From the NCBI GenBank assembly GCA_963769025.1, contig CAVYKI010000002.1:92942-156941 (forward strand): DNA of 64,000 nucleotides, in the 5' to 3' direction. The first letter of the stretch is position 1, and each line of letters opens with the position of its first letter. Shown here piece by piece: positions 56,885 to 64,000 of this stretch. The DNA comes from an uncultured Verrucomicrobiae bacterium. Its GTDB lineage: Bacteria; Verrucomicrobiota; Verrucomicrobiia; Chthoniobacterales; Chthoniobacteraceae. The notes under the pieces are model-generated. The model saw only the letters and a program-made list of their open reading frames with translations, did not search any database and had not been told where the DNA came from. Both the position numbers and the translations under genes were made by a program.

Positions 56885-58159
56885 ATGCATCGCTTGTCGT
56901 TGAAAATATCGTCGCAATTCGCGGCCGTCGTCCTCCTTGGATTGAGCATGGCGGTGGCTGCGGAGCCTTTGACGGTCACATCGGACTTCGAAGGTGGGTC
57001 GGTCAGCGCGGTGGAAATTGATAACGTCGCGCGCAGCATCAGCTTCATGCCCGGTGGCGATCCGACGCGCGGCTGGCCGTGCTGGTGGTTTTTTCGCGTG
57101 AACGGGCTGACGCCCGGCGAGACGATCACCCTGCGACTGCGCGGCTCGACGGCCACGGTGCCGAAGGCGGGCGCGCCGCTCTCGAAACCACTCGCCGCCT
57201 CGTGGGCGATGCCGGCGCAGGCGACATTTTCCACCGACGGCACGACGTGGCTGCACACGGAGAAAGGGACGAAAGAGGAGGACCGGATGAGCTATGCGAT
57301 CAAGGCGGAGGCCACCTCGGTGTTTGTCGCGTGGGGGCCGCCGTACACGCCGGGGACCGCCGCGAAGTTCGTTCGCGAGATGAGCGAGAAATCCCCGCAC
57401 GCGAAGGCCGGGGAACTTTGTCGTTCGCGTGAGAATCGCGCCGTCCCGATGCTGCATGTGCAGGAGGGCGGGCGGACGAAGGAGCAGCGCTTCGGCGTGT
57501 GGATGCAGGCGCGCCAGCATGCGTGGGAGAGCGGTTCGAGCTGGGTGGCGCAGGGTTTTGGCGAGTGGCTGCTCAGCGAGAATGAGGATGCCGCGTGGCT
57601 GCGGCAGCACGCGGAGATTTTCATCGTCCCGATCATGGATGTGGACAACACCGCGACGGGAAATGGCGGAAAGGACGCGCAGCCTCAGGATCACAACCGC
57701 GACTGGTCACCGCAGCCGCATTGGAACGAAGTCGTCGCGGCGCAGAGAATGGTGGGCGGCCTGATTCGCGAAGGCCGCATGGACGTCTTTCTGGACCTGC
57801 ATAATCCGGCGCCCGGAGATCCCACCTTCTTCTACATTCTGCCGCCCGACTTGTTGAAGGAGCCGATGATCGGTCTGCGCGACCGTTTCATTGCGCTGGC
57901 GTATTCGCGCATCAGCAAGATCAAACCGCTGATGCCCATGAGCAGCAAACCCAAGATGACCGGCGCGGGCTATCACCCGCTGTGGCGGCAGATCAGTGCG
58001 AACTGGGTGAGCATGAATGGCAATCCGCACACCGTCAGCCTTTGCCTGGAGACGATGTGGAATTACCAAAACAGCACGACAACGGGCTACCGCGCAGTCG
58101 GGGCCAATCTCGCCGCAGCCGTGCGGGATTATCTCGCAGAACGTCCCGCCCGGCCGTGA
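56885..58159 (+). CDS. Secreted M14-family zinc carboxypeptidase-like protein
   Basis: Signal peptide. Zn-ligand motif ARQHAWESGSSW (HxxE), DHNRDW, and DVFLDLHNP (third His). Confidence 0.7.
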   Translation: MHRLSLKISSQFAAVVLLGLSMAVAAEPLTVTSDFEGGSVSAVEIDNVARSISFMPGGDPTRGWPCWWFFRVNGLTPGETITLRLRGSTATVPKAGAPLSKPLAASWAMPAQATFSTDGTTWLHTEKGTKEEDRMSYAIKAEATSVFVAWGPPYTPGTAAKFVREMSEKSPHAKAGELCRSRENRAVPMLHVQEGGRTKEQRFGVWMQARQHAWESGSSWVAQGFGEWLLSENEDAAWLRQHAEIFIVPIMDVDNTATGNGGKDAQPQDHNRDWSPQPHWNEVVAAQRMVGGLIREGRMDVFLDLHNPAPGDPTFFYILPPDLLKEPMIGLRDRFIALAYSRISKIKPLMPMSSKPKMTGAGYHPLWRQISANWVSMNGNPHTVSLCLETMWNYQNSTTTGYRAVGANLAAAVRDYLAERPARP

Positions 58160-58263
58160 TGGAATGCCCGATGGGCGATGCCGGCCCCGAAAACTTCAGA
58201 GCCGCGTGGATGTGATATCCCCGCGGCTCTGTCTGGTAAATCGGCCCGTGTCAGCGACGTTTT

Positions 58264-58539
58264 TCAGCGCTCGAAGACGAACCGAAGGAATCCGATGAGC
58301 GGCGGGCCAGGATGCGGCGGCGGTGGCATGGGCCGGGCGTGGCGCGGTGGGACGAAGTGCGGATGATGATGTCGCGGAGGAGGCATGGGCCGGCGCTCGA
58401 AGTGGGGCGGCGGCGGTCCGAATTCCCCGCCGTAGAAATGGCCGCCGGGAGGCGGACCCATGGGGGGCTGCGCATGCGCGGTGAGGGCGCCGGCAGCGAA
58501 GGTGAGTGCGATGGTCGTGGCTGCGAGGAGTGTTTTCAT
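58264..58539 (-). CDS. Small secreted Pro/His-rich protein
   Basis: 91 aa, with signal peptide MKTLLAATTIALTFAAGALTAHA. The mature part is Pro/Gly/His-rich with PPPxHF-type repeats (…GPPPPHFERRPMPPPRHHHPHFVPPRHARPMPPPPHPGPP…). Low complexity, so coding status is uncertain. Confidence 0.4.
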   Translation of the reverse strand: MKTLLAATTIALTFAAGALTAHAQPPMGPPPGGHFYGGEFGPPPPHFERRPMPPPRHHHPHFVPPRHARPMPPPPHPGPPLIGFLRFVFER

Positions 58540-58686
58540 TGCTACAGATTTCGACGGCTGCCAACGTGGCGTTATTCAAAGGGACCGGCGGCATTTGCGA
58601 AACCGCATCGTGCGAAGGCTGCGAGGCGTCGGAAATTGGCGCTGGAGCGACGCTTTTTCGCGGCTATTATTCAAAGAATCTCCTTC

Positions 58687-61600
58687 ATGACCCCCTCCGC
58701 CTTCTCCCTCGGAAAATCGGCCCCGCGGCCGATTACTCAACTCCCGGCACTGTTGCTTCCGTTGCTTGTGTTCTATGCAGCAGGCGCGGCGCTCGCGCAG
58801 GAAATCACGAAGGAGCAGGCCGAGTTCTTCGAGTTGAAAATCCAACCCGTCCTCGCGGACACCTGCTACCGCTGCCACAGCGCCGATGCAGGCAAGAGCA
58901 AGGGCGGGCTCATGCTCGACTCGCGAGACGCAATGCTGAAGGGTGGCGACACCGGTCCGGCCGTCGCGCCGGGCGATCCCGAAAAATCGCTGCTCATCAA
59001 GGCCATCACGTACGTCGATCCCGATCTCCAGATGCCTCCTTCGAGCGCCGGCGGAAAGCTGAGCGACGCCCAGATCGCGGATCTCAACACGTGGGTGAAG
59101 ATGGGCGCGCCAGTCCCGGCGAACGCCACGGCGGTGAAGACCAAGCTCAGCGGCATGACCGACAAGGCGAAGGGCCATTGGTCCTATCAGCCCGTGAAGA
59201 ACCCGAAGGTGCCCATCAACAAAAACCAGCAGTGGTGCCGCACGCCGGTGGATTGTTTCATCCTGCAGAAAATCGAGGCTGCAGGGATGCTCCCGTCGCC
59301 GGATGCGGCGCAGGAGACGCCCGAGATACTGCTGCGGCGCGGCTACTACGATCTCACCGGGCTTCCCCCTGGCCCCGCGGAGATCGAGGCGTTTGTCGCC
59401 GACTATAAGCGCGACCACGCCGGGGCATGGGCCCGCGTGGTGGACCGGCTCCTCGCTTCGCCTCACTACGGCGAACGCTGGGGCCGCCACTGGCTCGACA
59501 CCGCGCGCTACAGCGACACTGCGGGAGAAAATGTGAACGGCACCGAGTACCGCTACGCGCACGCGTGGACGTATCGCGACTGGGTGATCAACGCGCTGAA
59601 CGCCGACATGCCTTACGACCAGTTCCTGACGCATCAGCTCGCGGCGGATCTTTTGCCAAAGGAGCAGCAGGGCTACAACAGCGCGAACCTCGCGGCGCTT
59701 GGATTCATCACGGTCGGCGAGCGCTTTGGAAATCCAAACGATCTCATCAACGAGCGCATCGACACCGTCAGCAAGGCGATGCTCGCGATGACCGTCTCGT
59801 GCGCGCGCTGCCACGACCACATGTTCGACCCGATCTCGCAGAAGGACTACTACGCGCTGCACGGCGTCTTTTCGAGCATCACGGAGCCAAGCGTGAAGCC
59901 GCTCATCGGCGCGCTGCCGCAGGCGGACCTGCTGGCCGACTACTCCAAAAAGGAGGACGGCGTGAAAAAGGAGATTCGTGATTCGTACTACGAGTCCATC
60001 GGGCATTTCAACCAGACCTTCCGTCTGAAGGCGCCGCTCTATTTTGAACTGCTCACGCTCTCCCGCGAAAGGACGGGCGGCTTGGGGACGGACTCGCCCT
60101 ACAACGCATTCCGCGCGGCCAACAAGCTCGACGACGAACTCGCGCGCCGTGTCGAGGCGCGCGTACGGAAGAAGGACGACAGCGTCTTTGGCCCGCTGGC
60201 GGTTTTGTCCGCGCTGAAGGCCGATGAATTTGCCGCGAAGTCGCCGGCCATCATCGCGCAAGTCCAGGCCGGCCTGCTGCCGGACGCGGCGAAAAAGCCC
60301 GTCAACCGTCTCGTCGCCGCCGCATTCCGCGCAGCGAAGCCGAACTCGCTCAGGTCCATCAAGGACGTCTGGCAGCTCTACGACAATGCATTCGCGACGG
60401 TCGCGCCGAAGTCCGCGATCTGGCTCGACGAAATGGCCGTCAGCTCCAGCGACACCGTGCCGGGCGTCGATGCCGCGATGGCGGAACTGCTCCAGATTCC
60501 CTTCGAGGTGAAGCCCGGCGGTTCGCTTTCGATCGCCGACTTCCGCCAGCTCATCGACCGCCTCCCGAACAACCGCAAGCGAGGCGCGGAGGGAGCACTC
60601 GTGAAGCTCAACGAACTCCAGCTCACGCATCCCGGCTCCCCGTCGTACGCGATGGTCGTCGCCGACAAACCGCAGCCGCAGAATTCGCCCGTCTTCATCC
60701 GCGGCCAGGCGAACACCCGCGGCGAGATGGTCCCGCGCCGCTTCCTCGACGTGCTTTCGCCCACGGGCAAAGGCGTGGTGTTCACGCAGGGCAGCGGACG
60801 CCTCGAACTCGCTCGCTGCATCGCCGACAAGAACAACCCGCGCACCGCACGCGTGATGGTGAACCGCGTGTGGATGCACCACTTCGGCGAAGGGCTCGTG
60901 TCCACGCCCGACGATCTCGGCATGATGGCGGAGGCACCGACGCATCCCGAGTTGCTCGATTACCTCACGCATTACTTCACTGAGAATGGCTGGAGCCTGA
61001 AGAAGCTCCACCGGCTCATCATGCTCTCGCGCGTCTATCAGGAGAGCAGCCACGTCATCGACGAATACCAGGACAAGGACCCGTACAACCGCCTGCTCTG
61101 GCGCGCGAATGTGCGGCGGCTCGACTTCGAGTCCGTGCGCGACTCGCTGCTCGTGATGAGCGGCCAGCTCGATCGCACCATCGGCGGCAAGTCCGTGAAC
61201 GTCACCGAGGAACCTTACAGCTACCGGCGCTCCGTGTACGGCTACGTGGACCGCGGCAACCTGCCCGAGCTCATGTCGCACTTCGATTTTGCCAAGCCCG
61301 AGATGGCGAACTCCAAGCGCACCGCGACCATCGTCCCGCAGCAGGCGCTCTTTTTGATGAACAGCCCGATGTCCGTGGACGTCACGCGCCGCATCGTGAA
61401 CCGCCCCGAGTTTACCGGCGCCCGCGACGATCTCGGCAGAATTTCCGCGCTTTACCGCATCATCTTCCAGCGGATGCCGAGGCCGGATGAATACAAGATG
61501 GGCCTCGCATTCGTGCAGGTCGAATCGCAGGACTGGTCCGCAAACAATTTCGCTGCGAAAAACATCAAGCAGGGCGGGGGCAATCGCATGGATGGCCGCG

Positions 61601-61707
61601 CGACCATCAAGAACGACGGGTTCCGCGTCTCGCGCCGTCCGCTCAACCAGTGGGAAACCTACACGCAGGCGCTGCTCTTTTCGAACGAGGCGGCCTACGT
61701 GAATTGA
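58687..61707 (+). CDS. PSCyt (planctomycete cytochrome c) - DUF1549 - DUF1553 protein
   Basis: Signal/anchor, heme motif DTCYRCHSAD...GGLMLD (CxxCH), DUF1549 blocks (FVADY...RLLASPHYGERWGRHWLDTARYSD) and the DUF1553 block SCARCHDHMFDPISQKDYYAL. ATG 58687 lies inside the longer track ORF starting at 58312. Confidence 0.85.
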   Translation: MTPSAFSLGKSAPRPITQLPALLLPLLVFYAAGAALAQEITKEQAEFFELKIQPVLADTCYRCHSADAGKSKGGLMLDSRDAMLKGGDTGPAVAPGDPEKSLLIKAITYVDPDLQMPPSSAGGKLSDAQIADLNTWVKMGAPVPANATAVKTKLSGMTDKAKGHWSYQPVKNPKVPINKNQQWCRTPVDCFILQKIEAAGMLPSPDAAQETPEILLRRGYYDLTGLPPGPAEIEAFVADYKRDHAGAWARVVDRLLASPHYGERWGRHWLDTARYSDTAGENVNGTEYRYAHAWTYRDWVINALNADMPYDQFLTHQLAADLLPKEQQGYNSANLAALGFITVGERFGNPNDLINERIDTVSKAMLAMTVSCARCHDHMFDPISQKDYYALHGVFSSITEPSVKPLIGALPQADLLADYSKKEDGVKKEIRDSYYESIGHFNQTFRLKAPLYFELLTLSRERTGGLGTDSPYNAFRAANKLDDELARRVEARVRKKDDSVFGPLAVLSALKADEFAAKSPAIIAQVQAGLLPDAAKKPVNRLVAAAFRAAKPNSLRSIKDVWQLYDNAFATVAPKSAIWLDEMAVSSSDTVPGVDAAMAELLQIPFEVKPGGSLSIADFRQLIDRLPNNRKRGAEGALVKLNELQLTHPGSPSYAMVVADKPQPQNSPVFIRGQANTRGEMVPRRFLDVLSPTGKGVVFTQGSGRLELARCIADKNNPRTARVMVNRVWMHHFGEGLVSTPDDLGMMAEAPTHPELLDYLTHYFTENGWSLKKLHRLIMLSRVYQESSHVIDEYQDKDPYNRLLWRANVRRLDFESVRDSLLVMSGQLDRTIGGKSVNVTEEPYSYRRSVYGYVDRGNLPELMSHFDFAKPEMANSKRTATIVPQQALFLMNSPMSVDVTRRIVNRPEFTGARDDLGRISALYRIIFQRMPRPDEYKMGLAFVQVESQDWSANNFAAKNIKQGGGNRMDGRATIKNDGFRVSRRPLNQWETYTQALLFSNEAAYVN

Positions 61708-61720
61708 GCCCCGCTGCCCC

Positions 61721-63722
61721 ATGAAATCGCCGGCGCTCGTCCTGTCTGCCGTCCTCGTCGTGGCATTGGGTGAAGCAACCATTGCCGCAGAACCCTTGCA
61801 CTGGTCATTCGCGCCGGTGCGCAAGCCTGCCATTCCGGCGGTGAAAAATGGCGCGTGGCTCAAGGACGGGATCGACGTGTTCATCCTCGCGAAACTCGAA
61901 GCCGCCGGCATCGCACCAAATCCCGACGCCGACCGCGCGACGCTGCTGCGGCGCGCGACCTTCGATCTCACGGGTCTGCCGCCGACGCCGGAGGAACTCG
62001 CAGCATTCGTGCGCGATCCGGCGCCGGACGACGCAGCATTTGCGAAGGTGGTGGATCGGCTGCTCGCGTCGCCGCGCTTTGGCGAGCGCTGGGCGCGGCA
62101 CTGGCTCGATGTCGTGCGCTACGCCGACTCCGTGGGCCGCACGTGGAATTCGCCTTTCCTCTATGCGTGGCGCTACCGCGACTGGGTCATCGATTCGCTG
62201 AACGAGGACAAGCCGTTCAGCACGTTTCGCGAGCGAGCAGATCGCCGGCGACCTGCTGCCCGCGCGCACCGTCGCGGAGAAGCGCTCGCGCCTCACCGCC
62301 ACCGGCCTGCTCGCGCTCGGCGCGCTGCCGTTGCAGGACAGCGGCGCGCTGACGTTCGCGCTCGATCGCGTGGATGATCAGATCGACGTGACGTCACGCG
62401 CCTTCCTCGGCCTCACGATGGCGTGCGCGCGCTGCCACGATCACAAGACCGACCCGATCTCGCAGCGCGACTACTACGCGCTCGCCGGGATTTTCTACAG
62501 CTCCGACACGCTCTCCGGTGGCCAGCGCGGCGTGTACGTGGACCCCGATCTGCACCAGCGCCTGCCCGTGGACAATACGCCGGTCGCGCAGGTCCTGTCC
62601 GCGCCGCGCGGCTCACGGCCCGCCGCTGCTTCCACCGGGCCGGACACGATGCAGATGGCGATGTCGAACGACAGCATCTCCCGCGGCGCGATGGCCGCGG
62701 ACGGCCGCTACCGCGTGAACCCCAACCTCGCGATGGGCGTCATCGAGGGCGAAATTCAGGACTGCGCCATCCGCATCAAGGGCGAGGCCAACCAGCCCGG
62801 CGACACGCCGAAGCGCGGCGACATCCGCGTGCCCGGCCTGCCCGCGCTCCCGAAGATCGGCGAAAAGGAAAGCGGACGTCTCGCACTCGCGCAGTGGATC
62901 ACCTCGCCAGCCAATCCGCTCACCGCGCGCGTCGCCGTGAACCGCATCTGGGCGCACCTCTTCGGCCGCGGCCTCGTGCGCACCGTGGACGACTTCGGCT
63001 TCACCGGCGAAGACCCCACGAATCCCGCGCTGCTCGATCATCTCGCGGTGCGCTTCGTCGAAGGCGGCTGGTCGGTGAAAAAACTCATCCGCGCGCTCAT
63101 GCTCAGCCACACCTACCGGCAGGCCAGCACCACCGATCCCGAGCGTATGAAACGCGACGGCGCAAACGTCCTCTACTGGCGCATGAATCCGAAGCGGCTC
63201 GAATTCGAAGCCATCCGCGACACGATGCTCCTCGTCGGCGGACAGCTCGATTTCGCGCGCCCCGAAGGCATCCCGATCGCGGGCAACGGCGGCAAGGGCA
63301 ACAAAGCCCGCACCCGCGCGACGCTCGACGAGCACTCGCCGTATCGCACCGTCTATCTCCCCGTGCTCCGCGATCTGCTGCCGGAAATCTACAAGACCTT
63401 CGACTTCCCCGAGCCCACGCAGATCATCGGACGCCGCGAAGTCACGACCGTCCCCGCGCAGGCGCTCTTTTTCATGAACAGCGAGTTCGCCGCGTCCTCC
63501 GCCAGCGCCGCCGCGGCCCGCATCCTCGACGACAAATCTCTCCGCGACGACGAAGCGCGCGTCCGCCGCGCATACGGCGTCCTGCTTGCTCGCGAGCCCG
63601 CACGCGAGGAGATTGCCGATGCCGCCGCATTCCTCGCCGGGGAAAAAGGATCGCCGTCCGCCGGCTGGACGTCGCTCGTGCAGTCGCTCATCGCCGGCAC
63701 GGAATTCCGCTACGTCTGGTGA
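61721..63722 (+). pseudogene. DUF1549-DUF1553 protein (no cytochrome domain), one frame break near 62.22-62.23 kb
   Basis: The signal peptide, GLPPTPEELAAF and RLLASPRFGERWARHWLDVVRYADS are in frame 2. SEQIAGDLLP...ACARCHDHKTDPISQRDYYAL...VNRIWAHLFGRGLV onward is in frame 0 (track ORF 62331..63722). Confidence 0.8.
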
Positions 63723-63770
63723 TGCATGCTCGAAATTCACTATGCGCGACCGAGCGCGATTTCGCCTGGG

Positions 63771-63905
63771 AGCGGCGACATTCCTGTCGCCGTCGAAGCC
63801 GATGCGCGAAGCGCCAAACTGATGCCGCTCACGTGCGCCACCACCTTGCCAGCAGGGTGTGCTGCTCCGCAGCTCGTTCGGGTCGGCGACAGGAATGTCG
63901 CCGCT
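63771..63905. repeat. REP-like inverted repeat pair (two 22-nt arms, each an internal palindrome)
   Basis: AGCGGCGACATTCCTGTCGCCG (63771-63792) and its exact reverse complement CGGCGACAGGAATGTCGCCGCT (63884-63905) are separated by 91 bp. Each arm contains GGCGACA-N4-TGTCGCC. Located in the intergenic region after the DUF1553 gene. Confidence 0.7.
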
Positions 63906-64000
63906 CCTTGCCGTCCCTGCCGGCAAAACCACGCCCGCATCTCACGGGCCTCGGGATGACTCCCGATTTTGAAAGGAACTCCAATTCCATTCGCCTCCCA

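Noticed and set aside
58576-61971. 1131-aa ORF on the minus strand mirroring the PSCyt/DUF1553 gene. Many other long antisense or overlapping ORFs are of the same kind (for example 1779..3146, 10651..11946, 23909..25759, 28888..30159, 44638..46284, 62613..63932).
   Set aside because: These are shadow ORFs typical of high-GC DNA. Their products are Arg/Gly/Ala/Asp-rich with no recognisable motifs, and each overlaps a gene with clear family signatures on the other strand or in another frame.
63726-63959. 77-aa ORF (and its antisense partner 63740..63940) after the DUF1553 gene.
   Set aside because: The reading frames are built from the two REP-like palindrome arms. There is no SD and no motif, so this is more plausibly non-coding. 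A real gene may begin at ATG 63956, but only 15 codons are in the window.
1-64000. CRISPR arrays, rRNA genes, transposases, integrases, prophage or defence-system genes.
   Set aside because: I scanned both strands. I found no direct-repeat/spacer periodicity, no rRNA-like conserved blocks (the GGATCACCTCCTTT at 1776-1789 is just the selD SD complement), and no ORF with recombinase, nuclease or phage structural signatures.

Overview
This is a high-GC bacterial chromosome segment with PVC-superphylum hallmarks (PSCyt/DUF1549/DUF1553 proteins), so it is most likely Verrucomicrobiota- or Planctomycetota-like. Content in order. (1) 0-3.1 kb is a compact selenium island that ORF callers fragment. 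It holds a secreted iodothyronine-deiodinase-like selenoprotein, a Sec-containing selD, and a secreted thioredoxin-like protein with a vicinal Cys-Sec motif. Each has one in-frame UGA followed by a GU-loop hairpin (candidate bacterial SECIS). (2) 3.4-18.5 kb is a Wzx/Wzy-dependent exopolysaccharide locus: GT2, pyruvyl transferase, three GT-B type glycosyltransferases, Wzy-like polymerase, Wzx flippase, initiating sugar-phosphate transferase, Wzc-like co-polymerase with a degenerate kinase domain, a short OPX lipoprotein and an outer-membrane beta-barrel. (3) 18.5-21.9 kb holds an orphan family-5 solute-binding protein upstream of a 4HB-type MCP. (4) 22.2-35.1 kb is an alternative (non-flagellar type) chemosensory cluster: REC-HK, cheW, cheR-TPR, YfiR-like protein, MCP with a CHASE8-like sensor, cheW, cheA-REC, cheB, a second REC-HK, and REC-PP2C. 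(5) 35-52 kb is housekeeping: DUF72, DUF1844, kdsA-lptC-lptA-lptB-hpf, trxB, tRNA-Thr, amidase, murI, SulP, hisD, PPi-PFK. (6) 52.2-56.7 kb is an NAD-type formate dehydrogenase with catalytic Cys, not Sec. (7) 56.9-63.7 kb holds an M14 peptidase, a small Pro/His-rich secreted peptide and two DUF1549/DUF1553 proteins. (8) REP-like palindromes sit at the 3' end. At least 23 reading-frame breaks interrupt 11 otherwise well-conserved genes, including essential kdsA and lptB. Twenty of the 23 behave like one extra base, so consensus or assembly error is the leading explanation. I saw no CRISPR array, rRNA, transposase or prophage genes.
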